Of a stretch of 64,000 bases of DNA, positions 20,568-31,049 are shown piece by piece; within the stretch, counting starts at the first letter, position 1, and every line of letters starts with the position of its first letter. This stretch comes from Nitrospirota bacterium. GTDB taxonomy: Bacteria; Nitrospirota; Nitrospiria; Nitrospirales; NS-4. The position numbers were made by a program, and so were the translations under genes. The stretch spans positions 64,001 to 128,000 of the forward strand of contig CAWBGA010000013.1 of the NCBI GenBank assembly GCA_963788195.1, written 5' to 3'. A model generated the notes under the pieces. The model ran no database searches. It worked only from the letters and a program-made list of their open reading frames with translations, and had not been told where the DNA came from.

Positions 20568-20665
20568 GAGTTTAGGCCGGCTACTGTTCGAGGATGGACG
20601 CAAACTGGTGTTTGCGGCGAGTAGCGTGATTGAAAAGTTGTCTCTTCCTGCTTGGAGTTTAGCCC

Positions 20666-22198
20666 TCATCGCGTCCAGACGAACCACTTCTTTAAAATGT
20701 TTTTCTGGTTCTCGGTGAAATGGGCTTTGCGCCAGGCGTTGCCGACCTTTTTAATCACTTCCGCTTGTGTGGGATAGGGGTGAATGGTGCTGGTTAGGGT
20801 CTTTAAGCCGCCGCCGGATTTCATGAGCACGGTAAATTCACTGATCATTTCGCCTGCGTGCGCGGCGACGATTGTCGCGCCCAGAATCTTGTCCGTGTCC
20901 TTCTGCACGTGGATGCGCGCGAATCCTTCGGTTTGGCCATCAAGGATTGCGCGGTCCACTTCGTCCAAGTTGTAGGTGAAGGTCTCCACCTCCAAGCCAC
21001 TGGACGTGGCTTCGGCTTCGTATATGCCCACATGCGCGACTTCCGGCTCCGTGTAGGTGCACCAGGGGATGACTAGGGAATCTGTCCCGGTATAGCCCAG
21101 GCCGAAAGGATGCGGAAACAGCGCGTTCTGAATGACGATCTGGGCCATGGCATCAGCGGTATGAGTGAACTTAAAGGGAAAGCAAACATCGCCGGCCGCA
21201 TATATTTGAGCATTGCTGGTTCGTAGCCGTTTGTCCACCTTTACGCCACAGCCGTCGTACTCGACCTTGACGTTTTCCAGCCCGAGGCCTTCGACATTCG
21301 GCGCGCGGCCTATCCCCACCAGGATCTCATCCACCGCCAACTCTGCGGTCCTCCCGTGCGTTTCGTAGAACATGATCTTGTCTCTGCCTCGCGCCTCCAC
21401 CCGCACGATGGTTGCATCAAAGATAAACTGAACTCCATCCTTCACCATCTGTGCCTGGACGAGTGCGCTTGCGTCGAGGTCTTCGCGCGGCAGAAGGCGG
21501 CCCATTTTTTCCAGCAAGGTGACACGGCTGCCGAAGCGCGCAAAGGTTTGCGCCATCTCCACGCCGATTGGGCCGGCGCCGATGACCCCGAGCCGTGGCG
21601 GCAGCTCGGTCAATGAGAAGAAGGTCTCGTTCGTAAGGTAGCCGACCTCCCGCATCCCGGGAATCGACGGCGCAGCGGCCCGGGCGCCCGTGCACACCGC
21701 GGCCTTCTTGAAGCGCAGAATCGTATCTTCGACTTGAATCGTGTCCGGCCCTGTGAAGCGCGCCTCACCGAAAAAGACGTCGACGCCCATGTTCTTGAAC
21801 CGCTGTGCAGAATCCGTATGACTGATGCGCGCACGGAGCCTTCGCATCCGCGCCATCGCCTCGCTGAAGTCATATTTCACCTCTCCACTGATGTGGATGC
21901 CGAACTCCGCGGCTCTCCGCACGTCGGCCCAAGCCCGGGAGGCGCGAATGAGGCCCTTTGACGGGACACACCCGACATTGAGGCAGTCCCCGCCCATGAA
22001 ATGCTTCTCAATCAAGGCCACCCTGGCGCCGATGCCTGCTGCAATGGCGGCGGTGACAAGTCCGGCGGTGCCGGCGCCGATCACCACGAGGTTGTAACGG
22101 CCCGCCGGCTGAGGATTGACCCATGCTGGTGGGCGGACGTTCTCGAGAAGCTTTTTGTCAGACTCGTCGTCGGGAACGTTTGCCGCGTGAGCGCTCAT
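20666..22198 (-). CDS. FAD-dependent pyridine nucleotide-disulfide oxidoreductase (MerA/LpdA-like)
   Basis: GAGTAG, GGDCLNVGCVPSK, GAGPIG and HPYPTQAE motifs; no MerA C-terminal CC pair. Confidence 0.9.
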   Translation of the reverse strand: MSAHAANVPDDESDKKLLENVRPPAWVNPQPAGRYNLVVIGAGTAGLVTAAIAAGIGARVALIEKHFMGGDCLNVGCVPSKGLIRASRAWADVRRAAEFGIHISGEVKYDFSEAMARMRRLRARISHTDSAQRFKNMGVDVFFGEARFTGPDTIQVEDTILRFKKAAVCTGARAAAPSIPGMREVGYLTNETFFSLTELPPRLGVIGAGPIGVEMAQTFARFGSRVTLLEKMGRLLPREDLDASALVQAQMVKDGVQFIFDATIVRVEARGRDKIMFYETHGRTAELAVDEILVGIGRAPNVEGLGLENVKVEYDGCGVKVDKRLRTSNAQIYAAGDVCFPFKFTHTADAMAQIVIQNALFPHPFGLGYTGTDSLVIPWCTYTEPEVAHVGIYEAEATSSGLEVETFTYNLDEVDRAILDGQTEGFARIHVQKDTDKILGATIVAAHAGEMISEFTVLMKSGGGLKTLTSTIHPYPTQAEVIKKVGNAWRKAHFTENQKNILKKWFVWTR

Positions 22199-22224
22199 GC
22201 CTTCATTCCTCTGTTATCACACTG

Positions 22225-22911
22225 TCACGCGTTCCTAAGCTTTAGTTTTCGATACAAGACGGGCGCCACGGCAAAGAGACCCAGGAGGCATAGGGCACCC
22301 AGCACCGAAGGCGAAGCGATCTCACCTATCGAGTTGATCGAGCCAAGTTGCCGGCCGGCATTGGCAAACACGAAGCTGCCGGGAATGATCCCCACCGCGG
22401 TAGCGAGGACATACGTTCCAAGCCGGATCCGGGACAGCCCGGACAAAAGATTTACCAGAAAGAACGGAAAGATCGGGATGAGCCGCAGAGTCAGAAGATA
22501 GCTGAAGGCGTCCTTGGCAAACCCTTCCTGGATCGTCTTCAACCGGTCGCCGAATGTGCGCTCCACCCAGTCCCGCAGCAGGTATCGAGCGCCAAGAAAG
22601 GCAAGCGTTGCGCCGAGTGTAGCGGGGACAAGGACGATGAGAGTTCCGAGGAAACTGCCGAAGAGAAATCCGCCCGTCAACGTCAAGACGGCGCCACCGG
22701 GAAGCGAGAACGTCGTTTGTAGTAGATACAGCGCGCTGAAAATGGTCACGGCCATGGCGAAATGCTCTTGCGTATAGCGCAGAAGATCATCCCGGTGCGC
22801 CTTCAAGCTCTCAAGTGTTACATACTGCTTGAGGTCGAAGTAAAAAAAGGCGGCGAGAGCCGCGGCGAAAATCAGCGCCACCGCGAGTTTCCCCCATGAC
22901 GTGGGGTTCAT
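22225..22911 (-). CDS. TVP38/TMEM64 (DedA superfamily) membrane protein
   Basis: SLPGGAVLTLTGGFLFG and LRLIPIFPFFLVN motifs. Confidence 0.9.
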   Translation of the reverse strand: MNPTSWGKLAVALIFAAALAAFFYFDLKQYVTLESLKAHRDDLLRYTQEHFAMAVTIFSALYLLQTTFSLPGGAVLTLTGGFLFGSFLGTLIVLVPATLGATLAFLGARYLLRDWVERTFGDRLKTIQEGFAKDAFSYLLTLRLIPIFPFFLVNLLSGLSRIRLGTYVLATAVGIIPGSFVFANAGRQLGSINSIGEIASPSVLGALCLLGLFAVAPVLYRKLKLRNA

Positions 22912-25900
22912 CTGATCGCGAAATCCACGCGGCTGTCCTCGAGCTTTGTTGACTTGTCTTGTGGCGGCTTCACGGAGGTGGCGAGTAGAAAGATGCGAGA
23001 CGGTTCGATCTTGCTCGTGACAAGATTGTCCTTCACGGCTTCGGCCCGTTGTCGGGCCAGTTCCCGCAGGTCGTCCTCGGTGATGATGATGTGAGCAAGA
23101 ATTAATTTTTCCATCTCGGGCACTTCCAGATCTTTGTTCATTCCCAACACGTTGCGTGGCTTTGGAAAAGTTTCCTTCTTGTACGCCAGAGTGAGGTATC
23201 TCGCGTATTCGTTCGGTTCCACTTTGACAGTGTTCAGTGTGGCGGTGGTCGCGCCCTTCTTCGTCAGCTCAGTGAGCTTCTGCGCCTTGAGCTTCCGATC
23301 GAACTGCTCCTGTCGCAACGCTTCCTGGTCCTCCTCGGTGTCAACATGGCCGGCGACATCCAGCTTGAGCGCGGGGCGCTCGAAGAGAACTTTCGCCAGC
23401 GTCTTCAATTTGTCTTGCGCCGCGCTGTCCAAATCCGCGCTTCCGTAGGCGAACTCGATATGGCTCAGCGCCGGCCCGCCGCCGACTAGAGATCCCAGCA
23501 AGGCAAAGGGCGCGGTCGCGGCCTTGGTCAGGAGGTTGGTGAGGACCTGGCCGATCACCGCCCAGACGCTGAATTGGGGATCGTCAAGCGAGCCGGTCAC
23601 CGGAAGGTCAAGATCGATGAGACCGTTTCTGTCCTTGAGGAGGGAGACTGCGAAGCGGACCGGTAACTTCGTGGCGGTCGGGCTGTCCACCTTGTCGCCG
23701 AGGGTGAACTGGTCGAGCAGTATCTTGTTCTGGGCCTTGACCATGCGTTTCTCAATGAGATATTTGAGGCTGAGCGAGAGCTTGCCCTTGTCAATCGCAT
23801 AGCCGGCGTACTTTGCGGCGTAGGGAGTCATGGAGCTCAGTTCGATATCCTTGAAATCCACCTGAATATCAACGAACAGATCCCGGCCGAGCGGATTGAT
23901 GGTTCCCACAATCTGAAGAGGCGAACCGCCCTCGAGCTTCCCGCGCAGGTCCACGTCGGCACGTTGCATTTCTTCCGAAGACAGTCCGGAAATTCTTCCA
24001 CCCACCTCGGAAAGCCGTGCGGAATAGTTCGGTTTGATGTAGCGGTCGGAGAAACTGATATCGCCGCCCTGCATAGTGACGGAATTGATGGTGACTGATG
24101 TCGGCGCCTCCGCTGTCGGCGCCTCCGCGGAAGGCGGGTCTTTGGCGGACTGGGGCTTGGCACTCTCGGTCTGAGTCATCTCAGGGTTTGGGGATTCCTT
24201 GCCGCGGACCATAATGCCTTGTACGTTGAACGTGCCGTCTGTATTTACGATCAGACGGGAGTAAAAATCAGTGAGTGCGATTTTATCGATCTCCACGCGC
24301 AGAGGCTTGTTGCCGGCATTGATGCCATTGACGGCCAGGGAGTTCCATTTCAAGAAATCTTCCGAGGCCCCCTTATCGATCGTTGCCAGGTTCGAGACCG
24401 TGGCATCGCCGGTAAAGGTGACCCCCATGGTATTATCACGATCAGCCGCAACCTTGAGATTTCCACTGGTGGCGACGGCGCCGTTTGTCACTGTGATGTT
24501 GATCTTATCGGTGAAATACGGCTGGAGTGCAGCAAGGGACACCCCCTTAAGGTCCAACTTTAGATCGGCATAGGCAGGGTCTATGCCGAGCGAGCCGGCA
24601 GCCGACACGACACCGGTTTTGTTCAGGGTGAGGCGGACAGAGGCTTTCCCTCTGCTATTCTTGGCAGAGGAGAGATTCTCACCCATCAGGCTTACAGGGT
24701 CAGCTACGAACGTCGTTGGCTCGGGCACAGCTAGGTCTTCGACGGTGACGGCATACTGATCTAGCGCGAGTTTCTTGAGGATCACCAACCAGGGTGCGCG
24801 GGGGTGGTCATTCCCGGGCGGTGCGACCGCAGGGGGATTCGCCGCAGGCGGAAGCGGTACCGTAAGCTTTGCCAGGTTGATCGCCCCGTCGTTAGCACGT
24901 TTGATTGCGAGGGCGCCTTTTTGAGAAGACACCTCGCCGACGGTGATTGTCTGTGCGGTGAGGTCGATGTCGGTATCCTTGACAGCCAGCAATGGAATCC
25001 TGAGAAACTCGTGCTTCTCGTCCATCTTTCTGAGCCGGAGTCGTCCCAGAGTCGCGGTAAGGCCTGACACCCGCGTCTGTCCTCCTTCGCCCGTGTACCG
25101 ATAATTCGATGTCAGGTCGAGAACGCCGTCCTCGAGATGAAACAAAAGGTTTTTGCCGTAATAGGCACCATATCGTTTGAGGGGAACATGGCTGAGCTGA
25201 ATGGTTCCTTCGGCCGCGAGCGGTTGAAGAGTCGCGGTGCCGGTGTGCGTCAGGATCTCGCCGGCGTCCGTGTTCATCGACGCTTCAATCGATGTCGTGT
25301 GGTTCGCGGCGTTGCTGAAATGATGGGCTGTGATGTTGATCTTTTCCAGAACAGCGCGGAACGGCGTGTCCATTGCGGCGTCTTCGAATGTGACCCTTCC
25401 ATTGACCAGACGAACCTCACCGGCTTCAATCTGTAACTCCTCACCAGCGGAAGCCTTCTTCGCCTTCTGGTTTTCCTGACTACCGACATTGTCTTTGGGG
25501 ATGAGCGACGCAAGATTGATCGCGCCATTTTTGTCGCGTTTGATGGACAGCTCCGGCGACTGTAGGAACACGGTCGCGAGGGTGAGTTTTCTGGAGAACA
25601 CATCGAACGACCCGATCTCGATTACCAGCCCGGGCAGGCTCATCAATGGTGCGGCGTCCATGTCGGTCGCTGCCAAGTGGTTGAGTACGAGCGTCCCGGC
25701 GACCGTTAAGGTGGGACCTTTGTCCCGAAATTGAATGAACGACAACGAAATCTTAGTGTCAAGGGTGCCCGATACGATCTTGAAACGCATCTCCAAAGGC
25801 ACATACTCCAGATACTTGGGGATCTCGAAGTCCGTGACATTGAGGTCGACGATGGTTTCCCGTGAATCGGTAAAAGGCTTTGTCTTTCCATGCAGCGCGA

Positions 25901-26534
25901 CCGGAGTTCCATTTACATCTGCTTGGAATGTGGGTTTGACATACACATCGACGTCGTACGGCAGGTTTGAGATAAACGGAATTGCAAGGGTGACACCCTT
26001 CACCGTATGGTGTGCCTGCTTCGGGCGGTCATCAAAATCGATATGGCCTTCCGCAAGCTGAATATTATTCAACGAGAATCGAAATGGCTTGCGCTGTTTC
26101 GGTTCTGGGGCGGCTGTCGATCCAAATGCCGCTAGGAGATCGGAAAAGTTATAGGTCTGGTCCTCATTGCGAACGATACTCAGATGTGGGGCTTTCAGAC
26201 GGATATCCTTGAGCACGGGGCCGCCTCTCACCAAGGATATGGCTTCAAAATCGAGGCGCAAGGCTTCGAAGGTTAGAAAAGGCGCGAAGCCGGTGCGATC
26301 TTTGAGAGAAAATCCCTCGATCTCGATGGTGAGAAGGAAAGGGTTGAAGTGAATCTGCCGGATCGCGGTCTCACGATGGAGTTTTTCAGATAGTTGGTTG
26401 GTCAGAACCGTTTTCAGGACCCGTGGCAGAACCACGAATCCGAGCAGGGCATAAAGGCTGACGCCAGCCAGCCCCCAAACTAGCACCTTGAGCAGGAGCC
26501 GCAATTTCCGTTGGGCGAGGAGGGACGCTAGCAC
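22908..26534 (-). CDS. DUF748 (AsmA-like) repeat protein with C-terminal OmpA-like domain
   Basis: N-terminal anchor, FNPF, YNFSDL, LLKDRNGLIDLDLPVTGSLDDPQFS and LARQRAEAVK motifs. Confidence 0.88.
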   Translation of the reverse strand: MLASLLAQRKLRLLLKVLVWGLAGVSLYALLGFVVLPRVLKTVLTNQLSEKLHRETAIRQIHFNPFLLTIEIEGFSLKDRTGFAPFLTFEALRLDFEAISLVRGGPVLKDIRLKAPHLSIVRNEDQTYNFSDLLAAFGSTAAPEPKQRKPFRFSLNNIQLAEGHIDFDDRPKQAHHTVKGVTLAIPFISNLPYDVDVYVKPTFQADVNGTPVALHGKTKPFTDSRETIVDLNVTDFEIPKYLEYVPLEMRFKIVSGTLDTKISLSFIQFRDKGPTLTVAGTLVLNHLAATDMDAAPLMSLPGLVIEIGSFDVFSRKLTLATVFLQSPELSIKRDKNGAINLASLIPKDNVGSQENQKAKKASAGEELQIEAGEVRLVNGRVTFEDAAMDTPFRAVLEKINITAHHFSNAANHTTSIEASMNTDAGEILTHTGTATLQPLAAEGTIQLSHVPLKRYGAYYGKNLLFHLEDGVLDLTSNYRYTGEGGQTRVSGLTATLGRLRLRKMDEKHEFLRIPLLAVKDTDIDLTAQTITVGEVSSQKGALAIKRANDGAINLAKLTVPLPPAANPPAVAPPGNDHPRAPWLVILKKLALDQYAVTVEDLAVPEPTTFVADPVSLMGENLSSAKNSRGKASVRLTLNKTGVVSAAGSLGIDPAYADLKLDLKGVSLAALQPYFTDKINITVTNGAVATSGNLKVAADRDNTMGVTFTGDATVSNLATIDKGASEDFLKWNSLAVNGINAGNKPLRVEIDKIALTDFYSRLIVNTDGTFNVQGIMVRGKESPNPEMTQTESAKPQSAKDPPSAEAPTAEAPTSVTINSVTMQGGDISFSDRYIKPNYSARLSEVGGRISGLSSEEMQRADVDLRGKLEGGSPLQIVGTINPLGRDLFVDIQVDFKDIELSSMTPYAAKYAGYAIDKGKLSLSLKYLIEKRMVKAQNKILLDQFTLGDKVDSPTATKLPVRFAVSLLKDRNGLIDLDLPVTGSLDDPQFSVWAVIGQVLTNLLTKAATAPFALLGSLVGGGPALSHIEFAYGSADLDSAAQDKLKTLAKVLFERPALKLDVAGHVDTEEDQEALRQEQFDRKLKAQKLTELTKKGATTATLNTVKVEPNEYARYLTLAYKKETFPKPRNVLGMNKDLEVPEMEKLILAHIIITEDDLRELARQRAEAVKDNLVTSKIEPSRIFLLATSVKPPQDKSTKLEDSRVDFAIR

Positions 26535-26582
26535 GGGGTAAGCATAGGGGAGGGAAGGATAGTCCTGTCAAGACGTTCGTGC

Positions 26583-26866
26583 GCGCCGCTTGAATCCGGG
26601 AAGTCGACCGACGGTCTCAAACTCCAGCGGCTCAACTGCGAAGAGCCGGATCAGCCTGACCATGGACCGTATTTTTAAAGGGGAATGCTGGCCATCGGGC
26701 AGATGGAGGACATCGTAGTAAAAGCCATCACGAGGATCCCACAGGTCGATGCCTTCTCCCCGACGTTATGCATCGCGTGGCAGCTCGCCCATCGGAAGCG
26801 GTGCGCCCCGGTCAAAAACGCCGATGTTATCGAGGCCCAGGAAGCCGCCCTGAAATACATTGCGCC
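26583..26866 (-). pseudogene. Relic fragment of a paralog of the MGH1-like glucosidase
   Basis: Aligns to 29009..29431 with many third-position differences, an internal deletion of about 140 nt and a 1-nt indel. Confidence 0.85.
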
Positions 26867-26915
26867 TGTCGGCTCTCCAGAAGCGGCCGTGCGATAGCTC
26901 TTGAAACGTGGTCTC

Positions 26916-27311
26916 CTACGATTCGTCATAGGGAGGGACGAGGAAATGTTCTATGCATTTCAGCTCGAGCAAATCGAGGGTGAACGGTCTGATGATGATG
27001 TCCCGCGCGCCTTTTTGTCTGGCTTCTACCAGTAGATCAGCGTCCGGCCAGGCACAGAAGATGATGACAGGGATTTCCGGATGAAGCTCTACGAGTTCCT
27101 GGAGTATATCCAAGCCGTCTGGAAAGGGCGGCTCGAGATTCAGAAGGATACCGTGGAAGGACCTTCGGCTATGGGCCCAGTTCTTGATCAGCAGCAGCGC
27201 GTGTTCAGGTTTGTGTGTCTCAATGACATCGAACCCGAAGGCTGCCAGTCTGTCGCCGAGTAGTGCGGACGTGTCAGAATCGCTGTCAATGACCAAGACG
27301 AGAGGTTGCAT
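26916..27311 (-). CDS. Single-domain atypical receiver (pseudo-receiver)
   Basis: VLVIDSD...ILLNLEPPFPDGLDIL...PVII...GARDIIIRPF; phospho-Asp position is Asn and the conserved Lys is Arg. Confidence 0.8.
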   Translation of the reverse strand: MQPLVLVIDSDSDTSALLGDRLAAFGFDVIETHKPEHALLLIKNWAHSRRSFHGILLNLEPPFPDGLDILQELVELHPEIPVIIFCAWPDADLLVEARQKGARDIIIRPFTLDLLELKCIEHFLVPPYDES

Positions 27312-27399
27312 TCAAAGTCCATCTCCATGAGGTGTCCAAGCATCTTTCGTACAGTACCGAGTACGGTGATAGCTTAACGAAATGGGTGGCCTTTACAAT

Positions 27400-27431
27400 C
27401 TGTCAATAAAGGAAGCTGTCAATAAAGGAAG
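27400..27431. repeat. Perfect 16-bp tandem duplication CTGTCAATAAAGGAAG x2 in the divergent promoter region
   Basis: Directly visible; each unit contains TTGACA on the minus strand. Confidence 0.9.
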
Positions 27432-27437
27432 TGCCTC

Positions 27438-28253
27438 TTGTTGCGTCATGGGAGGGATATGGACACTGATACGGTCTCTCACGTGAACAAGATCCGGAAC
27501 GAGACCATCGTCTTGCAGGGAGAGATGTCGCTGGACGACCTCGAGCGTTTGACAGACCGATGCCGCAGCCCAAAGCAACTTCGAGCCTTGCTGGATCGCG
27601 TTCAGACATTTCTCCCTTACCAAAGCCTCGTCTGCGGGTGGGGTTATCGATCGCACCCTACGATTGGCGTCATTTTTAACCACGGTTACCCGGTTGAATT
27701 TTTGCGCTGGTATCTCAGCAAAGGCCTGCTGTGGAAGGGCCCTGTATTTCAGGAATGGTTACGGACGGAAAAAGCGCAGGTCTACGACGATGTTCAAAAG
27801 CGCCTCAAAGACCAGTTTGATCCCGAACTTCGGAGGCGAGCCCGGAAATTCAATCTGCAGCACTCGATAGCCGGAGGTCTGATCAGGAAAGATCTTTGGA
27901 TCTTTTTTGCTTTGAGCATGGATTCCGCAAAGACTTGCCGAGCGCATCTGGAGCTATTCCAGAGCATCGCGCCGATGCTGGCCAAGGCACTGAAACGTGC
28001 CTGCCCGCGTCCACTGCTCAGCAACAGGGAACTCGCCGTCCTGGAACGTCGAGCGATGGGGGAATCGCTCAAAGTAATCGCCGCGTCAAAAGGCATCACC
28101 GAGCGGACAGTCAGGTTTCACCTGCAGCGGATCAAGCGGAAGCTGTACACCGATGATCTGGTGAACGCAGTGGTGATTGCGGTCAGAAGCGGCATGCTTG
28201 AGCAAACGTGGAAGGAATGGAACTGGCGGAAGGAAACGGCAACCTCCCGGTGA
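27438..28253 (+). CDS. LuxR-family regulator with autoinducer-binding-like domain (LuxR solo)
   Basis: NHGYPVEFLRWY...GPV N-terminal domain; LSNRELAVL...GES.K.IA...ITERTVRFHL HTH; start may be the ATG at 27459. Confidence 0.85.
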   Translation: MLRHGRDMDTDTVSHVNKIRNETIVLQGEMSLDDLERLTDRCRSPKQLRALLDRVQTFLPYQSLVCGWGYRSHPTIGVIFNHGYPVEFLRWYLSKGLLWKGPVFQEWLRTEKAQVYDDVQKRLKDQFDPELRRRARKFNLQHSIAGGLIRKDLWIFFALSMDSAKTCRAHLELFQSIAPMLAKALKRACPRPLLSNRELAVLERRAMGESLKVIAASKGITERTVRFHLQRIKRKLYTDDLVNAVVIAVRSGMLEQTWKEWNWRKETATSR

Positions 28254-28360
28254 AGTGCCCTGCTCCACGCGCTACGAACGTAATGCACGTAATGGTGAAG
28301 AACTAGCGGCGCGTGGATTCTATCTCGACGTTCCGGCGTGGGATTCCGTGTAGGATTTAT

Positions 28361-31049
28361 CTACTCGCGGTTTTGTTGCATCAGCTTCGCGATGAGGGCG
28401 GTCCAGCCGGTCTGATGGCTGGCGCCGATGCCCGCGCCATTGTCGCCGTGGAAATACTCATAAAACAGGATCAAGTCCCGCCAATGCGGGTCAGTCTGAA
28501 ATATTTCCGTCCCGCCGTAGAGTGGGCGCCGGCCGTCCGGGCCGCGCAGGAAAATTCTCGTCAGACGATGTGAGATGTCTTCCGCCACTTCCCAGAGGTT
28601 CATCATTTTCCCGGAGCCCGTTGGGCACTCCACCGTATAAGCGTCGCCCAGATAATGATGAAACTTTTGGAGCGATTCGATCAGTAGAAAGTTCACCGGA
28701 AACCATACGGGTCCGCGCCAGTTGGAGTTGCCCCCGAACATTCCAGTCGTCGATTCGGCCGGGTCGTAGTCCACGCGATGCTCGATGCCATCCACGTGCA
28801 GCGTATAGGGATGGTCTTTATGGTATCGCGACAGGGCGCGAATCCCATGAGGAGATAAAAACTCCTTTTCGTCCAGCATGTACTTAAGGACGCGGCGCAA
28901 CTGGTGGCGGTTGACCAGCGATAAGAAGCGGCGCACCTGGGCATCGGCAGTCGTTTCAGTCTCGATATGATTGCTGAGCTCCGGCCGGTGTTCGATGAAC
29001 CATTGCATGCGCCGCTTGAATCCCGGAAGTCGATCGACCGTTTCAGACTCCAGCGTCTCAACCGCGAACAGCGGGATCAGCCCAACCATGGACCGTATTT
29101 TCAATGGAGAATGCCGGCCGTCCGGGAGATGGAGGACATCGTAGTAAAATCCGTCACGAGGATCCCACAGGTCGATGCCGTTCTCCCCGACGTTATGCAT
29201 CGCGCGGCAGATATAGACGAAATGTTCAAAGAACTTGCTCGCCACATCCTGGTAGACGCAGATTTTCGTGCGCGAGCTCGAGCGCGATCTGAAGCATGTT
29301 GAGACAAAACATGCCCATCCAGCTCGTGGCGTCCGACTGCTCGATGTGCCCGCCCATGGGCAGGGGCGCGCTGCGGTCAAAGACGCCGATGTTGTCCAGG
29401 CCCAGGAAGCCGCCCTGAAATACATTGCGCCCCTCGGCATCTTTGCGGTTCACCCACCACGTAAATTCAACAGAAGCTTGTGAAAGACACGCTCCAGGAA
29501 TCGGCGGTCGGCCCGGCCTGAGCGCTTTTCGTCGATTTTGTATACCCGCCATGCGGCCCAGGCATGCACCGGTGGGTTGACATCGCTGAAGTTACCCTCG
29601 TACGCGGGCAATTGGCCGTTCGGGTGCATGTACCACTCCCGTAGAAGCAGCACGAGCTGGTCCTTGGCGAAGGCCGGGTCCACCAGCGCCAGCGGCACGC
29701 AATGAAAGGCCAGATCCCATGCGGCGTACCAGGGGTATTCCCATTTGTCCGGCATGGAAAGCACGTCGGAGTTATAGAGATGCGTCCACTCATGATTGCG
29801 GCCGTTCAACCGCTCGCGCGGTGGCGGCGGGCTCGTGGGGTCCCCGCGAAGCCACCGGCTGACGTCGTAATAGTAAAACTGCTTGGTCCATAGCAAACCG
29901 GCAAAGGCCTGGCGCATGAGATTCTTGCCTTCCGTGGAGAGGTCCGCCGGAATGATGGACCTGTAGAACTCGTCGGCCTCCATCCGGCGCTCCGTAAAGA
30001 GACGGTCAAACTCCTCATCGAAGGGCTGCCAGCCGGCGGTTGTCTGTCGGTCGCTCAACCTGAGTTTCACGGTTACGCTTTGGCCGGGCGCCAGAACCAA
30101 CGGATAGTGTGCAGCGGCCTTCGTGCCGACCCGCCCGGGGTTCACCGAGTTTGTGTTCCCGCTGCACGATATAGTCATTGATGCCGTCCTTGAAATAGCC
30201 GGAGGCGGGGCGGTTCTCGGCCCAATGATCGCGAGGCACCCGATCCGGATTCGTCTCATTATTCGTGAAGAGGATCTCGGTGGGGCTCTCGCAATAGAGC
30301 CAGCGCTGATCATAATAATAGTGTTTTAGAGCGATGATACTTGAGCCGGACGCGCTCGGCTCCTGGCGCAGCTGCGGGGGGCGGGCGTCGAGCCCCCATG
30401 ACCAGGTGTTTCGGAACCAGAGCGTCGGGAGAACATGCAGGTGAGCGGGATCGGGGCCGCGATTGACGGCCTCAATGCGTATCAGAATATCTTCCGGGGC
30501 AGCTTTGGCATATTCGATAAAGATATCAAAGTAGCGGTCCTCACGAAATGCGCCGGTGTCCAGAAGCTCAAACTCCGGATCGCGACGGCTGCGACGTTTG
30601 TTTTCTTCGACGAGCAGAGCGTACGGGAACTCGGCGTGCGGATATTTGTACAGGTATCTCATGTAGGAATGCGTCGGCGTTGAGTCGAGATAAAAGTAAT
30701 ACTCCTTCACGTCTTCGCCGTGATTGCCCTCATTTCCGGTCAGCCCGAACAGCCGCTCTTTGAGGATAGGGTCCCGACCGTTCCACAACGCCAGGGCGAA
30801 GCAGATGAATTGCTGGCGATCACATATGCCGCCGAGGCCATCCTCTCCCCAGCGGTATGCTTTGGAGCGGGCATGATCGTGCGGCAAGTATTCCCAAAAG
30901 TAGCCGTCGGCGCTGTAGTCTTCCCGGACGGTGCCCCAGCTGCGTTCACTGAGGTACGGACCCCAGCGCTTCCAGTTTTTCTTCCGGGCGGCGTCTTCTG
31001 CCAGTCGTTGCGCCTCGGCCGACAAATGAGGTTTCTCGGAGTTCGCCAT
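28361..31049 (-). CDS. MGH1-like glycoside hydrolase (GH63 glucosidase), several frameshifts
   Basis: [45 protein letters not shown] and GASHQTGWT motifs across several frames. Confidence 0.9.

Noticed and set aside
20666..22198. Mercuric reductase merA
   Set aside because: It lacks the C-terminal CC pair and NmerA domain, and there is no mer operon context.
26583..29431. Relic/glucosidase pair as a DGR template/variable repeat
   Set aside because: Mismatches are not adenine-specific, mostly fall at third codon positions, and no reverse transcriptase is present.
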